A program made the translations under genes and the position numbers. A stretch of 64,000 bases of DNA from an uncultured Verrucomicrobiae bacterium (GTDB taxonomy: Bacteria; Verrucomicrobiota; Verrucomicrobiia; Chthoniobacterales; Chthoniobacteraceae). This document shows positions 51,622-62,153 of this stretch, piece by piece. Each line of letters starts with the position of its first letter. Position 1 is the first letter of the stretch. The notes beneath the pieces are model-generated. The model was not told the DNA's origin. It did no database searches and was given only the letters and a program-made list of their open reading frames with translations. The stretch is taken from contig CAVYKI010000004.1 of the NCBI GenBank assembly GCA_963769025.1, positions 64,001 through 128,000 of the forward strand, written 5' to 3'.

Positions 51622-54600
51622 TCACTTCTCGCCGTCTTGTCGCTTCCGTTTCCGTGCGAGGAGGCGCTCGGTCGTGGATTGCTGATCGTCGGCAGCGGCG
51701 GGTTCGTCGGGTTTCGGCTGTGGCTTTGAATCGGGATCGGCGGGCCGCGTGACTCCGCCTGCCTTCGCCGGAAGGATGACGGGCTTCGGTCGCTCGGCGG
51801 GCATGGTGGCGGCCTGCACTTCCTTTTTGCGCTGAAGGAGCGCGCCCATCGTCTCAGTCGAACCGGCTTTTCTGCCGAATCCGAACCAGCCTTTGATCAC
51901 CTGCCAGTCGAGCTGCACGCGCCGCAACCCGACATCGAGCGGGATGAGGCACGCGAGCGCGATGAGGAACCAGTCGAAGACCGGCCGCGAGCTTTCGCGC
52001 GTCGAGCGTGGCGGATGAAAGAGGTCGATGTCGGAAGGCGACAACACGCGGCCGCCGGTGCGCTCGGCGATTTGTTTCAGCGCGATCGGGTTGCTTTTGA
52101 AGCGCAGGTATTCCGGCGAATACGGCACGGCGAATCCGCCGAACGCCTGCTCGTTGCGCTTCACCGTCTTCTCGCCTGTGCCACTGATGCCCACGCCGAC
52201 GGCGGCGACCTGATACCGGCCTTTTCCCGAGAGCGGAAATTCGCCCTGGTACCGCCGCGGTGCGACTTGCTTCAGCGGCACTTCGAGCGTCTCGCCGCGC
52301 GGACCGCTCACGCGCGCCTTCAGTTCGAGGAAGCTCTCGACCTTTGCGAAATCCTCGACGGTCACGATGCCCTGGCTGCCGGACGCAAATGCCGACATCG
52401 TGAGATCGCTGCGCTGCTCGACGCGCGACACTTCGGTGGCGAGCTGCTTCACGAATGCGCGGTATTTTTCCCAGCCGACCCAGTCGCGCGCCCAGTTCGG
52501 CGCGAGGTCGCTCGTCCACGCGGCGGTCGTGCCGAGGCCGTAACGCCACGTCGCGAGCACGGGGTCCGGCGAATCGCCCGCGGCTGTCTCCTGGGCGTCT
52601 GGCGGCGCCTTGAGGACGACGCTCGCGCGAGGCTTCGGCGTCGTGAGCACGAAGCCGTGCAACGGCGGCAACGCGTCGATGCCCTTGAGGATGGGCGAAG
52701 GGAATTCGACCTGCGCGCTGAACGTCTTGTTCTGCAGCATCGAGCGCTTCAGCGTCTTCGCCTCCTTAATGAAAATGCTCGGGAGCTGTGACGGGTCCTG
52801 CGGGTAGTAAAAGCGGCCGCCGGTCTTCTGCGCGATGCCTTCCATGAGGTCCACCGTCTGGCCGCCGTGCGGATTGATCGCCACGGTGGAGACCGTGATT
52901 TTCTCCGCGAGAAACTGATCGAGCAGCGCGGGTTGCGGCGGCGCGGGATCGCCGTCGGAAATGATGATGCAGTGCTTCATCGCCGCGTCGCTCGCCTTCA
53001 GCCCCGTGAACGCCATGGACATGATGTTGTGAAATGCCGGCATGTCCTCAGGGCTCGCGGCGTTGATGAGCGGGATGAGTTTCGTCTCGAACTGCTTCGC
53101 CTTCGTGAGCGGGAACACCCACTGGTCGCCCTTCACGAGTTCGAAATCGAGCAGGCCGACTTCGTCTTCGCCGCCGAGCACGCGGATGGCTTCCTTCGCG
53201 ATGCGCTTCGCCCACGTGTTGCCCTCGGCGAACTCGCAGGTGTGCAGGATGATCGCGAGCGCGCCTTTTGGCAGCACCTTCTTCTGCGTCACGTCCATCG
53301 TCACCGGCAGCGCGTCCTCGACGACGCTGCGGTGATAGCCGCCGGGGCCGAATGTCTGGGAACTGCCGAGCATGATGAAACCGGTGCCCTGATTGTACAC
53401 CGCATCGTGCAGCGCCTGTAGTTGCACGGCGTCGAAGCCGTCGGCGGGCGCGTTCGGGATGATGATGAGATCGTACGGCAGCAGCGAGAGCGGGTCGCGC
53501 GGGAACTCGTACGCCATGCGCACCTGCACGATGCGCTCGCCCTGCTTGAGCGCGGCGACGAGCGATTCCCAATCGCGCGCATCGCCGCGGGCGTCGGTGA
53601 CGACGAGCACCTTGCCCTCGCCTTTCAAAAACAGGTCGCCCATCGCGACATTGTTCTCCGCCCACGAGTCGTCGCCCTTCGCGGTCTCAATGGTCGCGAC
53701 GTACTCGTAGTAGCCCGGCCCCCGCTGCGGCAGCGGCAGCGAGAAGCGGTTCTTCCCCGCCTGATACTCGACCTCCCTTTCGAAGATGTTCTTCCCGTTC
53801 TCGGCGAAGCGCAGCTTGCCCTTGCCGGCCTGCAGCGAGGAAAGCAGCACGGTCGCCTCGTAAGTCTCGCCCTGTTTCACCACGCGCGGGAGGTCCAGCC
53901 GTTCGAGCCAGACCTCCTTTGCAAAATCAAACGCCACCGGCAGCACATCCACCGCGACGCCGCGCGATTTCAATTCATCGAGCACGGCCGTGACGTTGCT
54001 GTCCGTCTCGTTGCCGTCGGAGATCACCACCACGCGCCCCTGATTCCCCTCCGGCAACATCGCCGCCGCGAGGCTGAGCCCCTTCGCGAGGTCCGTGCCG
54101 TCGCGGTTCACGCGGGAATTGATTGTTTCAAAAGGGAACGACTTTCGCGGCGGCAGTTCCACCGCCGCGTCGCTGCCGAACACCACCAGGCCCGCCTCGT
54201 CCTTCTCCGGCTTCTGCGCGACGGATTTCAAAATCCACTCCATGGACTTGTCCGAGATTTTCTCGCCCATCGAGTCCGACACATCGAGCGCATAGACCAT
54301 CGAGAGCGTGTCCGACTTGCGCACCGCGCGCGGCTCCGCCAGCAGCGCTGCGAACGTGCCGACGAGCAGCAACCGCGAGATCAGCGCCGCCTGCGAGCGC
54401 CACCCGCTCAGCCCGCTCCAACCTGCAAAGTGCATCCACCAGATCCACGGCGTCGCGAGCATCAGCCAAAACGCCGGCTTCCACGTGAACCGCACCAGCC
54501 CGCGCAGCTCGCAAACGATCGCTGCGGTCGCGAACACCGCCAGAAACACAAGCAGCGGCAGCAGCGCGAGCAGCGTCACCGGACGTCGTGCGGTCGGGAA

Positions 54601-54624
54601 GAAACTCTGGAGGACGCGCTTCAT
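51622..54624 (-). CDS. Membrane protein with two VWA-like domains and a GATase-like domain
   Basis: MIDAS 'DVSDSM', 'VISDGNET', 'GPGGY', 'IIISDG', 'LATWRYGLG..AAWTSD'. Confidence 0.85.
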   Translation of the reverse strand: MKRVLQSFFPTARRPVTLLALLPLLVFLAVFATAAIVCELRGLVRFTWKPAFWLMLATPWIWWMHFAGWSGLSGWRSQAALISRLLLVGTFAALLAEPRAVRKSDTLSMVYALDVSDSMGEKISDKSMEWILKSVAQKPEKDEAGLVVFGSDAAVELPPRKSFPFETINSRVNRDGTDLAKGLSLAAAMLPEGNQGRVVVISDGNETDSNVTAVLDELKSRGVAVDVLPVAFDFAKEVWLERLDLPRVVKQGETYEATVLLSSLQAGKGKLRFAENGKNIFEREVEYQAGKNRFSLPLPQRGPGYYEYVATIETAKGDDSWAENNVAMGDLFLKGEGKVLVVTDARGDARDWESLVAALKQGERIVQVRMAYEFPRDPLSLLPYDLIIIPNAPADGFDAVQLQALHDAVYNQGTGFIMLGSSQTFGPGGYHRSVVEDALPVTMDVTQKKVLPKGALAIILHTCEFAEGNTWAKRIAKEAIRVLGGEDEVGLLDFELVKGDQWVFPLTKAKQFETKLIPLINAASPEDMPAFHNIMSMAFTGLKASDAAMKHCIIISDGDPAPPQPALLDQFLAEKITVSTVAINPHGGQTVDLMEGIAQKTGGRFYYPQDPSQLPSIFIKEAKTLKRSMLQNKTFSAQVEFPSPILKGIDALPPLHGFVLTTPKPRASVVLKAPPDAQETAAGDSPDPVLATWRYGLGTTAAWTSDLAPNWARDWVGWEKYRAFVKQLATEVSRVEQRSDLTMSAFASGSQGIVTVEDFAKVESFLELKARVSGPRGETLEVPLKQVAPRRYQGEFPLSGKGRYQVAAVGVGISGTGEKTVKRNEQAFGGFAVPYSPEYLRFKSNPIALKQIAERTGGRVLSPSDIDLFHPPRSTRESSRPVFDWFLIALACLIPLDVGLRRVQLDWQVIKGWFGFGRKAGSTETMGALLQRKKEVQAATMPAERPKPVILPAKAGGVTRPADPDSKPQPKPDEPAAADDQQSTTERLLARKRKRQDGEK

Positions 54625-54667
54625 CCGTGCAGGAAATCGTCAGCGTCCGGCGATGTGCGGCCCGTGG

Positions 54668-55606
54668 TCACAGTTGCAGGGATACAATGCGGCGGTTCAT
54701 CGTGTCAGCCACGGTCACGCGCATCCGGGAGTCCATGGTGAGGCCCCAAGGTGTCGCGAATTCCGCGTCGCCCCGTCCGGAACTGCCATAGCGGCCGAGC
54801 AGCCGGCCCTCGGTCGAGACGCGCGTGAGGCGGCCCGCGCCGTATTCGATGACGTAGAGCGTGCCATCGGGCGCGAGCGTGATGTCGTAGGGCAGGTTAA
54901 AAGCGGGAGGCTGCGTGCCGCCGAGCGGTCCGATGAATTTCCCCGCGTCGCTGAAGACGAGCACCCGGTTGTTGATGGCGTCGGCGACGAACACTTTCCC
55001 CTCGTGCCAGACGAGCCCGCTCGGTCGCTGGAACTGCGCCTCACCCGTGCCGGGGCCGCCGAATTCGCGCAGCCATTCGCCCTCGCGCGTGAAGACCTGC
55101 ACGCGATCGTTGCCGCCGTATTCGCACACGTAGAGATTTTCCGCCGCGTCCTTGCAGATGCCGACCGGGTAGATGAATTCGCCGCGTCCCTTGCCGTGCG
55201 TGCCGAGCGTCTTGAGCACGCGTCCCTGCTGGTCGAACCACACGAGCCGCCGGTAATGCGTGTCGCACACGACGATGCGGTCGTCCTTCAGCCACACGAT
55301 GCCCTCCGGTTTCCCAAATCGGACATCGAGCATTTTCCACTGCCGCAGCAGCGTGCCGTTCGCGTCGTAAATGAGCACGCGCCCCGCGGTGTCCATCACT
55401 GCGAGCTGGTCCTGCGGTCCGGCGGTGAGACTGCGGGGCGTCGGCTGCAACGCGCCGTCGGCCGGGAGCATCCACGAGCGCGAGGATTTGACGGTGATGA
55501 CGGGTGCCTCGCTGCGCTGCTTGCAGGCGGAGAGCGAGAGCATCGCAAAAAGGACGAGCATTGCGGTGAATGCGAACCGCTGTGGATGAGTGGGAGCAGT
55601 CGTCAC
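54668..55606 (-). CDS. NHL-repeat beta-propeller lipoprotein
   Basis: Lipobox 'LSAC'; repeats 'G...GEF..P.G'. Confidence 0.85.
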   Translation of the reverse strand: MTTAPTHPQRFAFTAMLVLFAMLSLSACKQRSEAPVITVKSSRSWMLPADGALQPTPRSLTAGPQDQLAVMDTAGRVLIYDANGTLLRQWKMLDVRFGKPEGIVWLKDDRIVVCDTHYRRLVWFDQQGRVLKTLGTHGKGRGEFIYPVGICKDAAENLYVCEYGGNDRVQVFTREGEWLREFGGPGTGEAQFQRPSGLVWHEGKVFVADAINNRVLVFSDAGKFIGPLGGTQPPAFNLPYDITLAPDGTLYVIEYGAGRLTRVSTEGRLLGRYGSSGRGDAEFATPWGLTMDSRMRVTVADTMNRRIVSLQL

Positions 55607-56535
55607 GGGGTTTCGTTTTCTATCCCAAGGTGAATCTGCGCCCCCGCCGGGAGGGGTCCTGGCGGACGATGAATGAACATCCGGACGGTGCCGTTCGATG
55701 CCCGGAGTTCCGTCTCCGCATACGTGCCCAAGAATCGCGAGGACACCACACTGGCACCGGTGTTGGCGGGCGAAATCGTCAGCCGCTCCGGGCGGATGCA
55801 GCGCGCTGCGGGCCACGCCGCGCCGAGCCACGCGGCCGCGTCCGCGGGGGTGATCCAGTTCGCGGGGCCGAGGAAATTCGCGAGTTCCTCAGAAGCGGGG
55901 TGGTCGTAGAGCTGCGAGAGTTTTCCGGTGAAGAGGACCCCGCCATTCCGCAGGCAGATCGCGTGCTCCGTCTCGGCGAGCGCGATCTCCGCCGAGTGCG
56001 TGGCCAGCACGAGCGACGCTCCTGTCCGGGCGACATGCTCCCGGATGGCACGCCAGTATTTTGCAGCGCGCGCGGTGTCCACGTGGGCCAGCGGCTCGTC
56101 CATCACGATCACCGGTGCCTTTTGCGCCAATGCGCGCGCCACGCTGAGGCGCGCCGCTTCGCCGAGGCTGAGGGTCCCTGCGCGGGCCTCGCCGGCACCC
56201 GCGAGATCGAATGCCCCGAGCAGCGCATCGCGTTCCGCTTCCGACGCGCCGACGAGCGTGAGATGTTCGCGGACGGTGTGCGCGTGCCATAGCCCGTGAT
56301 CCTGCGGCACCCATGCGAGGCGCGACGGGGCGCGAACCGCGCCACCGTGCGGCTTGTTGAGGCCGGCCAGCACTTCAATGAGCGAGGTTTTGCCCGCGCC
56401 GGACGGTCCCAGCAGCGCGGTGCGTCCGGGCGGGATTGCAAGGTCGATCGGCTCGCGCGGCCAGAGGGTCGGCGGGCCGAAGAAGCGCACACCGGAAAGT
56501 TGCCAGAGGGAATCAGCGGACACGGCGGGCGACAT
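55603..56535 (-). CDS. ABC transporter ATP-binding protein (FbpC-like)
   Basis: 'GPSGAGKT', 'LSLGE..R', 'MDEP'. Confidence 0.88.
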   Translation of the reverse strand: MSPAVSADSLWQLSGVRFFGPPTLWPREPIDLAIPPGRTALLGPSGAGKTSLIEVLAGLNKPHGGAVRAPSRLAWVPQDHGLWHAHTVREHLTLVGASEAERDALLGAFDLAGAGEARAGTLSLGEAARLSVARALAQKAPVIVMDEPLAHVDTARAAKYWRAIREHVARTGASLVLATHSAEIALAETEHAICLRNGGVLFTGKLSQLYDHPASEELANFLGPANWITPADAAAWLGAAWPAARCIRPERLTISPANTGASVVSSRFLGTYAETELRASNGTVRMFIHRPPGPLPAGAQIHLGIENETP

Positions 56536-57838
56536 AGAGGCGCAGCAGGAGGCGGGTCAACCCGAGACACAGCAACGGCGTGGCGACGGCTACGAAGAGC
56601 GTCGCCGAAAGCACCGCGCCCTGCCCGTAGTGCATGAGATTGAAGATGCGCACGAACACCGTCGTGAATTGCGGCGGCGCGAGCAGCGTGCTCGCCGTGA
56701 AGTCGCTGTACGCGACTCCGAAGAGCAGCAGCACCGCGCCCGCCGCCGGTCCGCGCGAGAGAGTCCATTCCGCCGGGCGTGCCCCGGTGCTGCGCGCGAT
56801 GTGGAGGGCCGTGCGGTCGGTGCCGGCGGCAAGCAGTGCGCGCAGGAGCAGTGCGAGTGGCAGAAGTTGGAGCACGATGGTGAGCACCAGCGGGAGCGCA
56901 GTGCGGCCAATCGCGCCGGCGTGCTGTGCCGCGGCGGCCACGAGGAGCGCGAGCAGCAGCGGGCCGAGCAATCCGGGAACGGCGATCAGGATCGCCATTC
57001 GCCGGCCCGCAACTGCTGCGAGCAGCCACGCGAGCAGTGCGCAGGTGACCGCGAGCACGAGACTGTTCGTCATCTCGCGGGCGAGCGTGAGGTTTTGCAT
57101 CCACGCCGCGAAGCCATCGAACCCCAGCCGCAGGACGAACCACGCGGGCAGGACCACGAAGAGGATCGGCGCGGCGGAGTATTGGAGCAGCGCCGCCCGT
57201 GAGCTGTGCAGGAGCCGACGCTCGCGCACTTTCCTGCGCGGCTGGAGAGCGCGGACGCAAAGGAGCAGGAGCGCGATGACGCCGAGTTCAACGCAGAGCG
57301 CGGGCAGTGCGAGGCGAAGAGATTGGCCGAGCGCGAGCCCGCCGATCTGCGCATCGAAAAGCGCCACGGTCCACGAGCGGATGCCCCAGCTTGTCGCGAG
57401 ATCGAATTCCTGGAACGCAAACAGGAACACCACGCCTCCGGCGAGCCACGGCGCTGCGCCGAGCTCGCGCATCCGCCAGCGCCAGCCGCCGCCGTCGGCC
57501 AGCCGCACGCAGTGCGTCGCCGTCGCTCCGGGGCCGGGATTTGCGAACCACAGGGCGAGCGCCGCGATCGGCACGAAGCGCGCCCAGAGCATCGCGCAGT
57601 AGAAGATTTCTCGCGCAGCCGAGCCGCCCGGCCAGCGTGCGACCGTCGGCAACCACCCGTAGCCCGCGAGCATGGCAGGCGTGAAAAAGACGAGTGCCGT
57701 CGCGGCGAATGCGGTTCGGACGGCAAGGGGCGACAGCCCGCGCAGCCATCGGAGCGCAGCGAGTGCGGCAGGTATTGCGAGCAATGCGATCACGCACGCG
57801 CGCAGCGCCGCAAGGGCAGTGGGGTTCGCGAGAGTCAT
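56513..57838 (-). CDS. ABC transporter permease (FbpB-like)
   Basis: Multi-TM protein with two repeated halves, between binding protein and ATPase. Confidence 0.75.
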   Translation of the reverse strand: MTLANPTALAALRACVIALLAIPAALAALRWLRGLSPLAVRTAFAATALVFFTPAMLAGYGWLPTVARWPGGSAAREIFYCAMLWARFVPIAALALWFANPGPGATATHCVRLADGGGWRWRMRELGAAPWLAGGVVFLFAFQEFDLATSWGIRSWTVALFDAQIGGLALGQSLRLALPALCVELGVIALLLLCVRALQPRRKVRERRLLHSSRAALLQYSAAPILFVVLPAWFVLRLGFDGFAAWMQNLTLAREMTNSLVLAVTCALLAWLLAAVAGRRMAILIAVPGLLGPLLLALLVAAAAQHAGAIGRTALPLVLTIVLQLLPLALLLRALLAAGTDRTALHIARSTGARPAEWTLSRGPAAGAVLLLFGVAYSDFTASTLLAPPQFTTVFVRIFNLMHYGQGAVLSATLFVAVATPLLCLGLTRLLLRLYVARRVR

Positions 57839-57881
57839 GCGGTGCCGTCGCGGGACGGGCGGTCCGTCATCGTGCGGAATT

Positions 57882-58895
57882 TCATTTCAGGTATTCGCCC
57901 TTCAGCCATGCAAGGCATGTATTGCGCGCTTCAAGCAAGCCCGTGAGCGGATAAGCCTGCGCGGCGTGCGCGCGGAGGGCGCGGACCTCGGCGGGGAGCT
58001 GCGATTCGTCCACGGGGCCGAGCGGGATCTGGCGCGACTTCGAGCGCGCGAGGGCGAGCTCGGTCTGCGGCGAGAGGAGGAAGTCGGCGAGCTTCCTTGC
58101 GTCTGCCGCGTGTGGCGCGCCGCGGATGATGGCGACGGTGTTGGGAATGCAGATCGTTTGTCCGCTATCGAGCCGCACGGGATGCATCGTCACCGGCTTG
58201 CCGTCGTCTTTTGCCTCGAAAAAATCATCCGTGTCGGTGAATGCGGCGTCGCACACGCCCGCGGCCACGGTGTCTTTCGATTGCGCATTTCCCGGCACTT
58301 CGCGCAAGCCGCGTCGGCGTGCGTCGGCGTGCCATTGCTTCAAGCGGGTCGCGCCCCACTCGTGCCACAGCACGGTGTAATGCGTGAGTGTCGTGCCATA
58401 GAGCGGCTTCGCCATCGCGAAGCGGCTGAGGTCGCCTTCGTGCAGGCGGCTGTCGCTCCATGCGGGCGCGTCCTCTTTCTGGATGACCACGCGCAGCCGT
58501 GCGGCGAAGCCGGTCCAGCGTCCGTCGGGATCGCGGAATTGCGCGGGGATGCGCTGCCAGCCCGTGCCCTTGTGCGGTTCGAGCAGTCCGCGCGCGGCGA
58601 GGTCGAGCGTCCCGAGCAGTTCGTTGTTCCAGAAAATGTCGCAGCGCGGATGCGCGCCCTCGCGGACGATCTGCTCGGTGAGGCCGAGGGACTTCGTGGC
58701 CTCGGTGTCAAACTTTACGACGACCGGGATGCCGCTCTGCCCTTCAAAGTCGCGCAGGATCGCCTCGGCGAAGCCCGCGTCGTGCGCGCAATAGACAGTG
58801 AGCCGGTCACGGTCGAGCGCCTGCCAGACGAGGAAGCCGACGCCGAACAACGCCACAAGAAGGAGATAGCGTTTGGTTTTGCCGAGGTCCTGCAC
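57882..58895 (-). CDS. ABC substrate-binding protein (Fe3+/FbpA-like)
   Basis: 'LTVYCAHD', 'DIFWNNE', 'W.GFAARLRV', 'PNTVAII.GAPH'. Confidence 0.85.
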   Translation of the reverse strand: MQDLGKTKRYLLLVALFGVGFLVWQALDRDRLTVYCAHDAGFAEAILRDFEGQSGIPVVVKFDTEATKSLGLTEQIVREGAHPRCDIFWNNELLGTLDLAARGLLEPHKGTGWQRIPAQFRDPDGRWTGFAARLRVVIQKEDAPAWSDSRLHEGDLSRFAMAKPLYGTTLTHYTVLWHEWGATRLKQWHADARRRGLREVPGNAQSKDTVAAGVCDAAFTDTDDFFEAKDDGKPVTMHPVRLDSGQTICIPNTVAIIRGAPHAADARKLADFLLSPQTELALARSKSRQIPLGPVDESQLPAEVRALRAHAAQAYPLTGLLEARNTCLAWLKGEYLK

Positions 58896-58980
58896 GCGGG
58901 AGCTTTGGCGGAACGGTTGCGGCGCGGCAAGTGCGCGAAGGGCGGCGTCCGACTCGCGGTCCGCGCGGGCACCCCCCCGG

Positions 58981-60621
58981 CTACGGCCTTTTCTCCGGGA
59001 GCCTGTCGAAGTATTTCTGGATCGCGCCGTGGTATCCGGGCGGCACGCGCTCGTTCCGGATGGCCTCGGCGACGCCCTGTTTCACAGCGCGGATCGCGTC
59101 GTTGTAGTCGCCGGCCTTCCTGCCAGTTTCACCGACGCCTTCCTCCTTCCATTCCATGAGCAGCTTGCCCGCGCCGAGCTGGATTTTGTCCTTCTCCTTC
59201 TTGAATTTGGACTCCGCGCTTTCGTCTTCGCCGACCGTGCCGCCCTGTCCGATGCCGGGGTTCGGGCCCGATTTTCCACGTCCGCCCTGGCCTTTGCCCT
59301 GTCCGTCCCCGGTGCCTTCCCCCGCTTCCGCGATGCGGCGCATCGCTTCGTCGTAGAGCTTTTGGTAATCCTGCTGGCTGTTTGCGCCGGCGTCCTGCGC
59401 GTCCTTGCCGTCGAGCTTGCCGAGCTCGTTGAGCTGCTTCGCGGCGGCGAGGTTCTTCAGGGCGTCCTCGAGGTTTTCCATGTCCTTGAACATCTCTGCC
59501 ATGCGCTGCGCTTCCTCCTTGCTGAGGTTCAGCGACTCGTTCGCCGCGTCGAGGGCGTCTTTGGAAAGGCCCTTGCCCTTTGCCATCCCGAGCTGTTCCG
59601 CGGCACGGGCGAGCGCTTCGTTCAGCGCCTTGTCGCCGAGCTGTTCGCGGAGCTGATTCGCCATCTGGCCGAGTTCCTTGGCGAGCTTCTCGAGTTGCTC
59701 GTTTTTCTCAGCGCCCTCCGGTTGTTTCGCGATTTGCTCCATCTGCTGGCGCAGCTTTTCCATCGCCTGCTTGAGGCCCTCGGCGTCGCCTTTTTTTAGC
59801 TTGTCGAGCAGTTCCTTCATCGCCTGCCGCTGCTGGGTGTCGCCAAATTGCTGCGCGGCCTTTTCCAGCGCGTCCTTTGGAATTTGCGCGGCGGCCTTCT
59901 TCCAAAGCTCGCTGAAATCCTGCGCCTCCTCGTTGAGCTTCTTCGCATTCAGCTCGCGCTCCTGCGGTTTCACTTCCTTGAGCGTCTTGTCGAGTTTTGC
60001 GAGCGCCTGATCGACCTGCTCGGAAAGCGTATCGCCTTTCTCCTTCAGCTCCTCCTTGCGAATGGCAGTGATCTTTTTCGTCTCCGCCAGCCGGGCTTCC
60101 TGCTTGGTCACCTCGTTGCGCTTCTCGTCCATCTTGAAAGGATCGAGCCGTGGCAGCCACACAGCGCCTGCGACCAGCACGGTCAGTGCGAGGGCGATGT
60201 TGCGGGCGCCGGGCAGCCAGTTCAGCGGGAAAAGGCGTGGAGCCTGGAGCGTCGCGGCGCGTTCCTCCGCCTGCGAGAGGACGATGTCGCGGTACTCGCC
60301 GGGCGATTTTTCGATGAGCGCGGCGGTGAGAAAGAGTTCCTTGCTTTGCGCCCGCGCGTCCAACGTCCGGGCAACGAGCGGTGGTGCGGGCTTGCGCATG
60401 AGGATCACGGCCACCGCGAGCGCGAGCGCGGGGACGGCGCAGACCGTGAGCGGCGTGAACCACGCATTCGGCAGCAGCGCGAGCAGCCGCGCGCAGAGCA
60501 GCGCAGCGAACATGAGGGCCGAGAGCGCGAGCGCGGAGACATGGAGCCGGCGGCCAAACGTGGCAGTCTGCATCCGCATGGCGGCGGAGCGCAGGAGACG
60601 GTCGGTGGCGCTGGGAATCAC
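58981..60621 (-). CDS. Membrane-anchored long coiled-coil protein; start uncertain
   Basis: N-terminal TMs, EKQ-rich coiled coil, Gly-rich tail, 'VPPGY...I.KYFD'. Confidence 0.8.
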   Translation of the reverse strand: MIPSATDRLLRSAAMRMQTATFGRRLHVSALALSALMFAALLCARLLALLPNAWFTPLTVCAVPALALAVAVILMRKPAPPLVARTLDARAQSKELFLTAALIEKSPGEYRDIVLSQAEERAATLQAPRLFPLNWLPGARNIALALTVLVAGAVWLPRLDPFKMDEKRNEVTKQEARLAETKKITAIRKEELKEKGDTLSEQVDQALAKLDKTLKEVKPQERELNAKKLNEEAQDFSELWKKAAAQIPKDALEKAAQQFGDTQQRQAMKELLDKLKKGDAEGLKQAMEKLRQQMEQIAKQPEGAEKNEQLEKLAKELGQMANQLREQLGDKALNEALARAAEQLGMAKGKGLSKDALDAANESLNLSKEEAQRMAEMFKDMENLEDALKNLAAAKQLNELGKLDGKDAQDAGANSQQDYQKLYDEAMRRIAEAGEGTGDGQGKGQGGRGKSGPNPGIGQGGTVGEDESAESKFKKEKDKIQLGAGKLLMEWKEEGVGETGRKAGDYNDAIRAVKQGVAEAIRNERVPPGYHGAIQKYFDRLPEKRP

Positions 60622-60748
60622 AGGCAGAAACCTAGGGCCGCCCGCGTCGGCGGGCAATGTCGCTTTGCCAGCCGTGCAACGCATCCTGCGGGGAGGCATT
60701 CGACACTTCCTTCTGTCCATGCGCACCGCCGCATTTTAGCTTTTTCTC

Positions 60749-62051
60749 ATGACCGCTCTCTCCCACATCGCGCCCGAAGGGACAAATCTTTCCACGACGC
60801 AGGCCCGCGAATTCATCGCGAAGGCGTGTCCGCCTGACGAATTCCGCGGGAAGAAAGTGCTGCTGATCGTCCCCGACGCCACGCGCACGTGCCCGCTGGA
60901 CGTCATGTTCGCCGGCGTCTTTGACCAGATCGGCGGCGTCACCGCGGCGCTCGATGTGATGATCGCGCTCGGCACGCACCAGCCGATGAGCGAGGAGGCG
61001 ATCTGCGAGCGCCTCGGCATCACGCTGGAGGAGCGCCGCTCGATTTTCGGCAGCGTACAGCTTCTTCAACCACGAGTGGGACGACGAATCGCGGCGCTGC
61101 GGAAAATCGGCAGCATCAGCTGGAGGAAAGCGCGCGAGCTGAGCGGCGGGCTGCTCGAGATGGAAGTGCCGGTCGAAGGTGAACGCGCGCGTCTTCGACT
61201 ACGATCAGCTGCTCATCATCGGCCCGGTGTTTCCGCACGAGGTCGTCGGATTCAGCGGCGGGAACAAATACCTCTTCCCCGGCGTGAGCGGTCCGGAGGT
61301 GCTGAACTTTTTCCACTGGCTCGGCGCGCTCGTGACGAACCCGATGATCATCGGCAACAAGTGGACGCCCGTCCGCAAGGTCGTGGATCACGTCGCGTCG
61401 CTGGTGACGGTGCCGAAGCTCTGCTTCTGCATGGTCGTGCGCCCGGCGATCACGCGCACGGCGGCGGCGCGGCGCTCTTCATCGGCGACCCGGAGGGCGC
61501 GTGGGATGCGGCGAGCGAGCTCTCGAAGCGCGTCCACATCACCTACAAGGATCGCCCGTTTCACACCGTCCTCTCGTGCGCGCCGAAGATGTACGACGAG
61601 ATGTGGGTCGGCGGAAAATGCATGTACAAGCTCGAGCCCGTCGTGGCCGACGGCGGCGAACTGATCATCTACGCGCCGCACATCCACGAGATCTGTCCGT
61701 CACGCACGGGCAGCTACATCCGCGAGATCGGCTACCATTGCCGCGACTATTTCATCGACGCAGTGGGAGCGTTTCGCGCACATCCCCGCGGGGTACATCG
61801 CCCACAGCACGCACGTCCGCGGCATCGGGACGTATGAGGACGGCGTGGAGAAATGCCGGGTGCAGGTGACGTTCGCGACCGGGATTCCGGAGGATGTGTG
61901 CAAGGCGATCAACCTCGGCTACCGCGACCCGCGCAGCATCAATCCCGCGGACTACGCGAATCGCGAGGACGAAGGCATCCTCTACGTCCCGAAGGCGGGC
62001 GAGATGCTCTACCACCTCAAGCAGCGCCCGGCGTGGGCGCGGGAGATGTAG
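60749..62051 (+). CDS. Lactate racemase (LarA) domain protein, multiple frameshifts
   Basis: 'VPDATRT', 'ALGTH', 'FPHEVVGFSGGNKY..PG', 'KLEPVVADGG'. Confidence 0.8.
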
Positions 62052-62153
62052 GTAGGGCGCTTTCGCCGAAAGCGCCCTTTCAGTGAAGCCGTGGCGACCA
62101 CGGAATTCTTTTGAGTCAGGCCGTTGTGGGCGCTTTCGGCGAAAGCGCCCTAC
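62052..62153. repeat. Inverted pair of GTAG-type REP elements
   Basis: GTAGGGCGCTTTCGCCGAAAGCGCCC 62052-77 and exact reverse complement 62128-53. Confidence 0.9.
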
